This document shows positions 31,400-46,515 of a stretch of DNA of 64,000 bases, in pieces. The translations under genes were made by a program, and so were the position numbers. The stretch comes from the human T2T-CHM13v2.0 reference genome, Homo sapiens: the NCBI RefSeq assembly GCF_009914755.1, contig NC_060932.1; one strand, 5' to 3'. The notes under the pieces are model-generated. The model searched no databases. It saw nothing but the letters and a program-made list of their open reading frames with translations, and had not been told where the DNA came from. Positions within the stretch are counted from its first letter, which is position 1, and every line of letters begins with the position of its first letter.

Positions 31400-31622
31400 G
31401 GCCGGGCATGGTGGCTCAAGCCTGTAATTCTCAGCCTGGTGGCTCAAGCCTGTAATTGTCAGCACTTTGGGAGGCTGAGGCGGGAGGATAGCTTGAGCCC
31501 AGGAGGTCGAGGCTGCAGTGAGCCACGATTGTGTCACTGCCCTCCAGCCTGGGCGACAGAGTGAGACCCTGTCTCTAAAGACAAACCACACACACATATA
31601 CACACACACACTGACACACACT
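31400..31622 (+). mobile_element. Monomeric Alu (FRAM/FAM-like) with duplicated 28-bp 5' segment and (CA)n tail
   Basis: tggtggctcaagcctgtaatt(c/g)tcagc occurs at 31409 and 31437, then right-arm-type sequence. Confidence 0.8.
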
Positions 31623-32074
31623 TATTGTTCAATTCAGTGCGTGTTTTGCTTCGTTTTGGATGAAAATTAACAGGCTTTCACATTGTGACTTAATCTTATC
31701 AGAGACTCCTAAAGTAAACAATAGCGCAGTAGGAGAAACCCTGATTGTGTAACTTCTGCTCTTGCTCCCCTGGAAATAATGTCATTTCCTATAAACCCAC
31801 CCCCAAACAATCGTGACTACGTATTCATACTACTGGAGTCTTCCAAAATAGCAACTGCACATTATTTATCAACGTTTAGTTTGCATTTGACAAAGCACAT
31901 CCACCTGGGCTTCCATTTATCATTGCTATTATTATATTTTATTATTATTTTCTTATTTCCAAAATCTTTCTAGAATGGAAAGTAAACGGGGGGACCAAAA
32001 CCCCACTTAGAACTCTGCTTAGAAGATTCGGAAATGCCCTTGAGGTTTGGTCCTCCCAGGAGAGCACGAAGTTT

Positions 32075-33000
32075 ATCCTCGCGCGCAGCCTCTCTTCCCC
32101 GGCCCGCGCCCACCGGCCTAGCCCGGGGCTAGCGCCCGCCCACGTGTGCTCGGCTCCAGGCAAACCCCGCTGAGCAGCGGCCGCACACCGCCCACCCCGG
32201 GGATTGGCCAGCGCGGCCGGGGCCCGGCGGGAGGCGGGCTCGGGGTCGCGTTCCGGGAGCGCGGAGGAGGCGGTGCCGCCCGGCCCCGCGCCCCGCCCCC
32301 GCCCCGGGTGGCTACACAGAGGGGCGCCCACGTGCCCAGCCCTCCTTCTGCAGCGCGGCCGGCGGGCGCTCCTCTTCGCGGGACCAGCGAGGCGGCGGCC
32401 GCTGCTCCAGCGTCCCCCAGCCGCGGGCCCCCGACGCGCTGCAGCCGGCAGCCCACCGCCGCCTTCTTGGCGCGACCCCAACCCAGCCCCAGTAAGTTGC
32501 TAGGTCTCCAGCCCCGCCGAGAGGCCGCGGGCGAGGGGCAGCCCGGACGCTGGGGCCGGCGGGGAAGGAGCGGGGCGAGGGCGCCCTGGGGCCGGCGGGG
32601 AACTAGAGGGTCGAGGGCTCCCGGGGACGAGTCCAGCTGCGCGCAGCTGCCCTGAGGCCGCGCTCCAGCGAGTCTTCGTCAGGGAGTCGGGGCCGTGGGC
32701 TGGGGCTGAAGCCGTGGACCTTCGTCCTCGGGGCTGCGCCCCGGAATGCGCCTCGCCTCGTCCGGTCCCTGTGCAGCCGGCTCTGCCCGGGGACTTCGGG
32801 GACCGCTGGAACTGGGAGAGGGGCTGGCACGGCGACTTCGCGGGGACCCTTCAGTCACTATTTCCAGAGGAGCTCGGCGCACCCCTCTCCGGGTGGGCAG
32901 GCTGAACCTCCTGGCCCTGCACGCTGCCGGGGTCCCCGAAGCCGCCTTCGCTCCTTTTCGGTTCTTGGCTTAAATTAGAAAGCCGGCTTGGAGCGCTGGA
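32075..33000. promoter_or_regulatory. CpG-island promoter (likely SLC7A2)
   Basis: Very GC- and CpG-rich ~0.9 kb. Contains GC boxes (32283-32305), an inverted CCAAT (ATTGG 32203-32207) and two CACGTG E-boxes (32141, 32329). Confidence 0.9.
32340..32491 (+). other. SLC7A2: Non-coding first exon (5'UTR), likely of cationic amino acid transporter 2
   Basis: ATG-free GC-rich segment ending at the donor CCA|GTAAGT (GT at 32492). The start is approximate. Gene identity is inferred from recalled ADAM24P-SLC7A2 order; no coding exon is present in the window. Confidence 0.65.
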
Positions 33001-34494
33001 AGCCCCTTCACATTCTGCAGGGGACCTGGTAAAATAGCCCGTCTTGGTGTTTGTATTGGGTATTTTAAAGTAACTGGGTGCCTTTTAAAATCCGTTTGAG
33101 ATGGGCTGTATTTTATAAGCCCGTTTCATGAAACGCTGTTCTTGAGGCTTAGAGAATCTCCCAACCCATCACCCCAGAGTACCTGTCCGTTCAGAAAGTA
33201 CCTTTTCATCCTCTTTTGACGCTTACATCCAGTCTATGGAGTAAGGTATTGAGAGATTGTCATCTTCAACTCGTCGAAAAGAAATATGCTCAGCAAAAGC
33301 CACAATCATATGTGGCTTTTGAAGTGGATATAGTGCCTGGATTTCAAGAGAAAAAGTACTCAGCCTCTTCAGAGTTGTAAATATTTGTGCAAAACTGGCT
33401 AAAGCCTTTAGGTGACTAATTTTGGACCAGTAATAAGATTTATCTAGACGTTTGTGCAGAAACACTAATCCTTTTAATGAGAGGATATCGTCAGATCTTA
33501 TTCAAATAAGAGCTCTCTGAATCCCATCCAGGGCCGCCTGGGTTATAAAATTAGAATGTATGTGGCCTTGACTTGATACTTTTTCATTCTTGCCTGAGCT
33601 AGTCTTTAAAAGTTAATAATTATCTCCTCCGGAAGGTGAAACATTCTGTGTTTGTAATCTTTCTCTAGGAGATGTATAAGATGTGAATATTCTGTATTAT
33701 GTACCTTGTTAGGATTGCTTTGTAATTAGTAAATCCTTTTTTATTTTAATTGCACTGAAGCGTGACATGAAATGATCTCTCAGTGCAGAACACAGGACTT
33801 CTTCCCCCTCCTTTTCCTACAAAGTTGCTAGTTGCCTGCTCTGGGAGGCCACTTTATTGTGATTTTTCAAGTTTCTTCCCTCGGCCCACACTTTGTTTAC
33901 ATTCTGTGCCTTCATCTGGGAATGGTCATTTACCTTAAGGCATTTTAATCTTTTAGGGTGTGCCATGGCCTTGGAGACCAGAGTAAAGCGCTGTGGTATC
34001 TGCGGGGATCAGTTTGCAGAATCCTTGGCCTCCTAAGCAGTGGGCATAGCTCTTTTCATTCCAGAATCTCTGATCATTCCAGAGTCTCTCCTGTCACTGG
34101 GCTTAGGAGCCTGGGAAGGCGAATAGAAGCTAGCTGGGGAGACAGGGGAGCTGTGGCAGTTTAAAAAGCCTGATCTTGCGCTGGAGTTTTTCATCTTGCA
34201 TTCTCATGTATCTTTGCCTTTTGAACACATGTGCCTGAAGAATTTTAAAGTTCACGTTTCTTGCTTTGCACTGCAAACACACTCACCTTTGCAGAGTGGA
34301 AGTGCCTTGTCCCCATTCTAGGTGGTCTACCTTCTGTTCTCTTTTCAGACCTCCTGGCTTAAGCCCTTGTTTCTCCTGGCTGTTATGGCCAGACCCGGAG
34401 TCCCCGTTGTGCCCATTTCTTCTCTTTTCAGTCCTTCCTTTTCAAATGTTTTTTCCCAGAAGTCCTCTGGCAACTTCTCTATTTCACCTAGCCT

Positions 34495-34690
34495 CTGTCT
34501 TCTCTTGTTTTATTTTTCCCTCTCTCCCTCCCTCTCTATCCCTCTTTCCCCCTCTTTCCCTCCTTCTCCCTCGTTTCTCTCTTCCTCTCTCTCTGTCTCT
34601 CTCTCTCTCTCCCCCTCTCTCCCTCATTTCTCTCTCCCTCTCTCTGTCCCTCTTCCCTCCATTCTCTCTCCCCCCTTCTCTCTCTGTGTG
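34495..34690. repeat. (CT)-rich polypyrimidine low-complexity tract
   Basis: ~190 bp of almost only C and T on the + strand. Confidence 0.9.
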
Positions 34691-35637
34691 TTCAGAGCCA
34701 TCTGCTGGTTTTACTTTGGTGCCCTTTGGTGGACAACTTTCAGAACAGAATCTTGGGAGCACCTTCATGTTGCTGTTTGCTTTATTTCCCCCAAACATGT
34801 AGATATGAACACACTGATTTTAAAGACTCTTATAGACTACCTACTAGATGCCAAACATTTAGAACAAAAGCAAAAGCTTTCAGTGGAATATATTTCTAAA
34901 TACTCACATATTTAGTTTTGGGTGCATCATTTGAATGCTTTGTCATCCAAATGAATCCTGAAAAACTTAGTTAACTAAGATTTCACTTAAGTGATAGCAC
35001 TTGTCTAAATGGGCTTGAAAATCGAAGCTGTTAACTAATTTCTAAACCTTTAATCTGGATATTAAAAACCATATAGATACAACCTTGAATGACAACAGAA
35101 AACTAATGGAATTGTTCTTGTCATTGTCTTCCATTTTAATAACTTTTCATTTTAGTACCTAATATAGTATGTGTCACATAACCCATGCTTATATGTCTTT
35201 ATTGTTGAGTGAATGCCACTGATTTCAACAGTTTGAGAAAAGATGTTTTATCTGTCTTCAAATGTATTTATTCCTTCATTGAAAACTTACTTTCTACTCT
35301 GTACACTGGAAAATCAAAAAAGTAATGTGTAACTCCGGTTTTAGAGGGATTCTATAATTATGTTTACATTTGGGGAACTCCATTGATGGATTTTAAGAGC
35401 AGTTTTTTATTTTGCTGTACTCTATTAAAAAATATCACCACTTCTAAGCAGACGATTTCAGACCTGTCTGTGCCGCAAAGCAAGTAATTTACATGCTCTC
35501 TCTAATACATGAAGGCGATGCTACTATTTCATCATCAAAATCACATGTGCTGGACATTTTTATTTTACTAGTAGTAACAAATTTGTCCGCATTCCTCTTA
35601 TATTTCCCTTTTACTTGACTTTCTAGCTCTTGTTTTA

Positions 35638-36123
<486 letters not shown>

Positions 36124-36131
36124 TTAGTTAA

Positions 36132-36563
<432 letters not shown>

Positions 36564-37494
36564 TAAAGTTTAAATATTTCTGAGAAAGGCCTCTGCTGCT
36601 GTTACGCTGACCTCACTGGTAAGTATAATTAGTATTGACTTGAGAGAAGATTTGAGTTAATAAGGCTATTTTAGAGGCTGGATTTGAATATGTGGGTCAC
36701 GTCTCTTATTTAGACTTTTAGTATTATTTAGACTTTTATTTAGACTTTTAGTATGAATCTCTCTCTTCAGAGACATGTGGTCCCCTGTTATTCTGGGTGT
36801 GTATGGATGTGATGTGTTGTGGAAAATCTTGAAATTTCTTGATACGGGACTTTATACACCCAAGACTGAATCATGAAGCTGGAGCATTCTAGTGCTGCGA
36901 ATGTCATGAATTTAATTTTTCACCGTATCCCCATCCTCCTGCAAAACATAAAATATAAAATATGTAAAATGAGATAAAAAAATGAAAGCAATACCCACAC
37001 ACCCATTCTGGCACTGCTGCGTACTAGCCCCCCTCTACAGAACTGAGCCTAATCTGGGATTCAGTATCGGGAAGGCGAGTGATGCGAGAACATTCCATGA
37101 CCTTTGTAACAGGAGCTTAAAAAAAAAAAAAAAGTCCCAACTGTGTTATATTCATTTTTGGAATATTTGGTGAACAATACACAACAAAGAATTTGTATGT
37201 CCCTTGTTGATTCTTACTAGTTTTTCCCACAGTTGTGGGGAAAATTCTCTTCTTTCCTTAACCCATTTTGGCTTCATCAAGTCCTCCTAAGTCGTCCTAC
37301 AATTATATATATATATGTATTCCCACCATATGTATATATAATTATATATATACGTATATATATGTATGGTGGGAGTATATCTGTGGCTAAGGTGAGAGGA
37401 TCGCTTGAGTCTGGGAGGTGGAGGTTTGAAAAAAAAAAGAATGGAGAAATCACATGAGTCCTTTAGTTATCACTCCCATCATTGCTTCTCCCAG

Positions 37495-37540
37495 CAGGAG
37501 ACTCTCTGAAGACCAGCAGGAAAGCAGTGAGCCCTTACAG
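37495..37540 (+). other. SLC7A2: 46-nt non-coding second exon
   Basis: Acceptor cattgcttctccCAG|CAG (NAGNAG) and donor ACAG|GTTAGT; no ATG. The size agrees with my recollection of the SLC7A2 5'UTR exon layout. Confidence 0.6.
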
Positions 37541-38178
37541 GTTAGTGCTGATTTCAATCTTGGCTTGCACGTTGGAATGGAAAAAGGACTGATAAAAAAA
37601 AAATGTTGACAGTGGAAAGATTTGTGCCTATTCCATATTAGAGAGGGAAGAGTTCTTCTGTTAGAAGGGAACACATTCAGTTTAGTGTCCTACCATTGGC
37701 CTAGTAGAAGAAAAAAATATTTTAAAAGAATCTTTACTGGACTTCAATTCCTATAAGATATTGCTCTTCCATTGCACAAGGAAGATTTCCATGAAGTTAC
37801 GGAGTTGAGTATCACTGATTCACTTTCCAGGTTCCTGGTTCTTGTGAATGTACCTTTTAGAAAATTTTTGATAATCATTCCTGAGAGGTTGGGTGGAGGG
37901 GGTTTTGGACAAGAAATTGATTCACAGTTTTTAGTCTACTCAGGCAGATTATTTAAAGGAATCCTGGAATGAGTCCATTTTTCCTAGGGGAATCACTTCA
38001 CAAGGTTTTTGTTCAATGGACCTCAGGTGCTCCAAATTCTTTAATCATAATTCTTCACGGCACACTGCTATAATACCATGATTGGTTCTTACATGGGCAG
38101 TAAATAGTATTCATTTTAGGTCTTGGGTTGGGTGCTGGGTGCATGTTCATTATATTATTATTTAAAAATATTATATAA

Positions 38179-38587
<409 letters not shown>

Positions 38588-38711
38588 GAAAACATCTTTA
38601 TTGAAAAAAAATTTATGCTTCAGAAGGGTGGCTTTTTCTTTAGATCGCGAGTTTTTTCCTTCCTGAAATTCACTTTATATTCACTCCCGCGGTGTTCCTT
38701 ATCTGTTCTAG

Positions 38712-38942
38712 CAAAGAGTACTTATTATTCATACGCGGCGCTCATAGTTCGCAGAATATTTGCAGCTTGCCAAGGTACTTGTCCTGACAAAAATTCAAAT
38801 GGCAACTCTTCATGATAATTTGTATCAAAGAGTACTTATTATTCATACGCGGCGCTCATAGTTCGCAGAATATTTGCAACTTGCCAAGGTACTTGTCCTG
38901 ACAAAAATTCAAATGGAAACTCTTCATGATAATTTGTATCAA
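38712..38942. repeat. 114-bp tandem duplication (2 mismatches)
   Basis: 38712-38825 versus 38826-38939, followed by CAA microhomology. Confidence 0.95.
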
Positions 38943-41873
38943 TGTGGGTATGAATTCCTGTGGGAAAAGCCTGAGCTCAAAGCTTTAGGCTACTCTGTAT
39001 GGACTTTTTGTTTAATGATCATATGAAACAATACAATTTTATATTTATGTTTGAATTCACCAGCAAGTTTTAAGTGGTTTCTTTAATTCAGTTGTGATTT
39101 AAGCAATTGTTTGGGAGACGTCTTTGCTCTTGAGTTCTGGGGAAACCTAGAAGGAGCCTGGGGTGAGTTTTGACCCTCCATCCTTAAGTCCTCAGCAACA
39201 CTCAGGTGTGTTTTGGCCACATGAGGAATTTACCTTTGTTCCACAGCAGCCTATGGCAAGAAAGTGAAGTCACATTGGCTGTGATTCCCCAAGCAAAGTG
39301 AGATTTCGATTTCAACTCAGAGGCCTGGCGTTTTGCATTGATCTGGACCTTTGTGAAGGCATTGGTAGAAGAATAACAAACTACTAAGAATTCAGTTTAT
39401 TGATCATCCTGAAACAAAATGGCACTGCTGAGTGTTTAGTGAGCCTCAGTGAGGAGTAAGTATTGGGCACCAGCTGTGTGCCCTCTGAGAATGTGCCAAG
39501 TGCTTAGTGAGATTGAGGCCGGTGGTAAATGAGATCTTGTGGCTCTCCTGGACCACTGGTCAGTTTCTTATGGAGTTCAGTGTCTAGGGGATTGAAACCC
39601 TTACCTTTCAATTAGTTGCACTTTAAATTATTTCATACTTTAAAGTCTTGTATTGCAGTGATATTTTTAAATGTTTATGTAATTCTAATCGGCGGAGCCC
39701 ATACTTGATAGAATTGCCAGTGGTTCTTATTATGGGATAAAATTGAGGTCATTTTGAGTGACCAAAGTAACAATTAATTCTATCCGGTTTATCAATTGTA
39801 TTTCTATATGCATTCCTTAGAGAACCCATATATGTTCTCAGTTACTCTTCTACCACATCGTCTTCTCTTTGGCTTTCATCTTTATTACCAACTTTTATTA
39901 ATACATTTGGAGAAGTTAAAGGTCATACTCTTTTTAGGTAGAATTGTATAATATTTACAACTTAAGCGCCATACTGTTTGAGCAGTCTCTGAAATTTTAC
40001 TGCAACTCTTAAAAGATTGAGTAACTGACTCAAACAGGAGAACTAAAGAAATTCAGGTCCAGAAAAAGAAAAGATTGCGTGACTTTTACAGTTTTTTCTA
40101 ATGAAAGGCATTTGCATGAATGGTTCCCATAGTTCCCTGATACACAGAGAAGGAGCTCCTCCTCCTTTACTCCGATCTGCTGGCCATTCTGTTTACATTC
40201 GTGCCTCTGTGGGAAAGAAGAACTCTAAGATCATAGCAGCTGTTCTGTGCAGCAGTGGCTCCCTTGATGTTTTAGGGGAGTTAAGGAAATTAAGTGATGG
40301 AAGCATGTACCACCCCCCACCCCCCCGCCGCCCACCCGATCCCATCCAGTTCACTTCCCTGTAAAAAAGAATGCACATCTGTATGTAAACTGTGCCTCTT
40401 CCCTCTGGCAATTTTGTGTAAGATTTCTGGAAGGTCAAGACTTCCCACATTCCAACCAGTGGGCAACTAGGGTTTCAGAAACCCAAGATAAGAACCTTGG
40501 AATGCAGAAACCATTTCAACTTCTCGAAGAAATATCTTAGGAGAGAATCCTGTGAGCAGGATGGGGCCTTCTTGGTCATGCATCCTTTCCTCTTGCTGAA
40601 GAAGACCGCTTATGGCCTCCAAGTTGGGGCTGAGAACTGGCCCAGAGGTAGATGTGGCAGTTGGGGTCACTCTGAGTCACAGAGGTATGACAGTAACATA
40701 GCAATGACCCTTCTCAACTAGTGCCATGGTGGATGCTGTTCCCTGGCCTCAAGGGTATACTTGACTTCAGTGATCTCCAGCCTCGCCATCTTTCTTTCCT
40801 CCAGATTCTTAGACTCATAGATTTCAATGTCTTCCTATGGGCCAGAAACAAATTTACTTGAGTTTTGGCTGAGATAATTTAAACTGAGTATTTGTAAATG
40901 TCTGACATAAACAGAAAAAAAATGGGTAAGCATAGTCAGTGCCCTCTTTTCTTATCTAAAATTGGAGCATCTTTAGTGTGACATTTGAAATCTAATCTTG
41001 CCAGTTCAATGTCAGTCTGATACGGATATTCTTGTAGAAATCTCTGAGATTTAATAAACTTACAGTTGAGTAGAACTGAATCATACTAAAGACCAGTGGA
41101 AGCATCCTTGCAGGGCCTTATCAGTTTTTACAATGTAAAATAACTAACCCATAGCGTTTCCTTTTACAGTTAATGTTTGTTTAATAACATGCTTAAGGTA
41201 TAATATTGAGACGAAGTGAGGAATTTTAATGCTGATTTAGCTACTGAAAAATTATCTCTTGCAACACTTGCTTTACTTGTAGTTAGGATTTGTAATGTTT
41301 TATTGCAAAAGAAAGCCCTCTTTTAAATGCGTTGCATTTGTGGCATAGTGGTTGTGTAGGTGGAGTAGGACTTGTGTCTGTACAATTCATCAAGAAGATA
41401 GCACAGAGCACTTTTACATGCCATTCAGAGACAATAGTGGGTGTTGATAAAATTTGTAGTACTAGAGCTGTGAAAACAAGTGCTGGGCTGGTGCCTGCTT
41501 TAAACTCTCTTGAAACTTAGCAGAATTTCATTTTTATAACAAAAATCACTATTTTCTTTAAAGAGGATTGATAACATGAATAAGTCTAGGTGTCCTGGAA
41601 ATTCATTTGGTTATATCACTATAAAAATGGTGAGACACTGTTGTGGTAGTTGGTTTTGTATTTTAAAGCGTAAACTTCACAGTACATTTAAAACTGTCCT
41701 GTGCGAAATTTCAGAGGCTTTGGACACGTTCCTTTCTAGCCTCCCTCGCCGTGGACAGTTATCAAGTTTCTGGCACGGTGCTAGACGAATATGGAAGAGA
41801 AGTAAGTGCCTCAGAATGACATTTTAGAACGCTCTTTTTATAGGTTAAGAGACTGAGATCTTGAGAGGTGTAA

Positions 41874-42482
<609 letters not shown>

Positions 42483-42619
42483 TATGTGGAATTTTTAAAT
42501 TGGGGATCAGTACAATTACAACTTAACATTTTTAGATTTTAATGGTTAACTATAATTTATTATATAATTTTAAAAAGCTGGAAACTATTTAAATGTGTGT
42601 GTGTGTGTGCATTATTACT

Positions 42620-42751
42620 ATTTTTGTGTGTGTGGAGACGGGGGTCTCACTGTGTTGCCCAGGCTGGTTTTGAACTCCTGGCCTCAAATGATCTTCTCGC
42701 CTTGGCCTCCCAAAGTGCAGGAATTATAGGCATAAGCCACTGTACCTGGCC
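42620..42751 (-). mobile_element. FLAM/Alu monomer
   Basis: ggagacgggggtctcactgtgttgcccaggctgg...ccactgtacctggcc. Confidence 0.85.
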
Positions 42752-43636
42752 TTTTTAAATTTTTTGAAGAAAGGATTTTGAACATCCACAATGCAAAGAG
42801 ATGAAAAATATTTGAAGTGATGGATATGCAAATTACCCTTATTTGATCATTGCTTATAGTATATACATATTGAAATATTCTGTGTCCTATAAATATGTAC
42901 AATTATTACATGTCAGTGAAAAAAGAAAAAATACAAATGAGTAAATTTTAAAAACTCTGTTAATTTAACAATAACATGTAATAGAAATATGCCCTAAAGA
43001 TTTCATGATGAGCTATTAAATTATTTTTCAAAGAGATATTTGAAGCTGATGAAGTGCATTTAGAAATAAGTGTTACAGGAAGAGTGGAAAAGGAAGTTTT
43101 TAGATTTTGAAATTTCTTGGAAATTAATATATTTGGATAAGCTATTTTCGTAGAGTGACATTCTTATGATATGAACAAGTTTATTAAATGGCATACTTTT
43201 ACCAGAAAATGGGAAAATATAGTCTTAATCTAAAAATAAGAAGACTTTTAAAGTCATTAGGGTTTCAACCTCATAAATGGTGCTTTTAAACAAGTATGTT
43301 CTGTTTGGAGTGCTATTGTGCTCTCTTTTTTTTAAAAAAAAAAAGCTATTTGAATTTTTTACTTTTTCTGATTATCATAGATAACAGATGGTTTGCACTT
43401 AGTTCAGTGAACCAAACAAAAAAAGAGCAGACTTGGCAGAAAATTCCTGTTGATAGTGCATTTTTTCTGTACTGAAATGGATCACATGAACTTTTTGAAT
43501 AATGAATAACATATTTACATTATTCTGGTCTTTTTTGCTACAGAGTACAAGAGAAATGTGAAGGACAAACAACCTTATTGTTACTCTTATAAATTATGTA
43601 AAATATTTTTGTATTCTTCCTGCATTGCTAACTCTA

Positions 43637-43985
<349 letters not shown>

Positions 43986-44540
43986 AAAAGATAAATTGGT
44001 CAAGTGGCTGAAGATTGAAAGCCTGATTTATCTCACCGAACCACTAGTAATGGTAGTATGTTAATATATTAGTTTTTATAAGGATTTTAAAAACCCTGAG
44101 GACCCACATTATTTCTCTCAGTTTTTGAAGTATTTAGTAGAGTTGAATTTTTATTTTTAATTTTGTTTTACTTTCAGTTGATTGATCGTTGCCGCCTTTT
44201 GGTGGTGAGCTCCTGTGGCGTGTGTTGGTGAAAGTTGGAGATGCTGGTGGTGTAAGGCAGGCGAATGATATTACTAAAGTGGAGGCAGCTCTAGGAGTGG
44301 GGACTGTAGACATCAGCTGTAGTTGTTGGTACCAACTGTAATTGAAAGTTCGAGTCATCTGTTTAAAGAATGGGCCTTTCCTTCATCATGTCATTTTAAT
44401 GCATTGCATATTGGACCAGAGAAATCAGTAAAGTTGAACTATATAATCTGAAATCTAACTTTGTATCCATGAATCAGAATTCAGGCTATTTTCAAGAATT
44501 GGAAGAAAAGTGCTCATTTTATTGAACTAAGTATAATTTC

Positions 44541-44842
<302 letters not shown>

Positions 44843-45159
44843 AATTTCTTTATTATTATTAAGTACAATAAAAAGAGAAACAAGAATGCAATCATTTTTA
44901 TTTTTATTTTTTCGCCTCCAACAAAGTGATGTATGCAGAACAATGTTTTATGGTAGAGAAAAGTAATCTTTTTCCAGTGTTCATTTCACTAAAACAGCTA
45001 CTGAAATTATTTGCTGAATGGAATCTTCCACGTCTCTAAAGACATGATATGCAGTATGAATAGCTTTAGTAAATCATGAAATTCTGGGTTCGGAAGAAGC
45101 CTGTGTGTTTCATTTCAAGCAGAACTGTATCTACCTATTTTTCATTGGTGTGTGCATTA

Positions 45160-45543
<384 letters not shown>

Positions 45544-45641
45544 TCAAAATTGCCTAACTGATAACATAAATGACAATACTTATGTATTTAAAAACAGTAA
45601 AATGTTGAGAATATCTATAACTAGGAAAAAAAGCTGTAGAA

Positions 45642-46515
45642 TTGGCACACTGTCGTCCACAATGGCTGAACTAATTTACATTCCCACCAACAGTGTAAAA
45701 GCGTTCCTATTTCTCCACAGCCTTGCCAGCATCTATTGTTTCTTGACTTGTTAATAGTCACCATTCTGACTGGTGTGATATGGTATCTCATTGTGGTTTT
45801 GATTTGCATTTCTCTAATGATCAGTGATGTTGAGCTTTTTATCATATGTTTGTTGGCTGCATGAATGTCTTCCTTTGATAAGTGTCTGTTCATATCTTTT
45901 GCCCGCTTTTTGATGGAAGACAGTGTGGCCATTCCTCAAGGATCTAGAGCCAGAAATGAAATACCATTTGGCCCAGCAGTCCCATCATGGGGTATATACC
46001 CAAAGGAATAGAAATCATTCTACTAGGAAAACACATCCAAACCCATGTTTATTGCAGCACTGTTTACAATAGCAAAGACATGGAACCAACCCAATGCTCA
46101 TCAGTGAGAGACTGTATAAAGAAAATGTGCCACATATACACCATGGAATACTATGCAGCCATAAAAAGGAGTGCGATCATATCCTTTGCAGGAACGTGGA
46201 TGAAGCTGGAAGCCATCATCCTCAGCAAACTAATACAGGAACAGAAAACCAAACAGGACATGTTCTCACTCATAAGTCGGAGTTGAACAATGAGAACACT
46301 TGGATACGTGGAGGGGAATAACACACACTGGGGCCGGTTGAGGAGTTGGGGGCGAGGGGAGGGAGAGCATTAGCACAAATAGCTAATGCATGCGGAGCTT
46401 AAAACGTAGATGGCAGGTTGATAGGTGCAGCAAACCATGGCACACGTATACCTACGTAGCAAAGCTGCACATTCTGCACTTATATCCTGGAACTTAAAGT
46501 AAAATTAAAAAAAAA
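45642..46515. mobile_element. L1PA 3' fragment with 5' inversion (twin priming)
   Basis: 45642-45915 is antisense ORF2 3' region; 45914-46515 is sense ORF2 end/3'UTR with polyA. Imperfect TSD aaaaaa(g/t)ct(g/a)tagaa. Confidence 0.9.

Noticed and set aside
31945-32973. Several 60-180 aa ORFs on both strands in the CpG island
   Set aside because: Low-complexity Gly/Ala/Arg/Pro translations are expected from stop-poor GC-rich DNA. No domain resemblance.
34266-34915. 178 and 197 aa ORFs
   Set aside because: Artefacts of the CT-rich tract (Leu/Ser/Pro/Phe runs).
36705-36752. Short repeated ttatttagactttt units
   Set aside because: A small AT-rich slippage repeat. No spacer structure or CRISPR-like organisation, and the DNA is eukaryotic.
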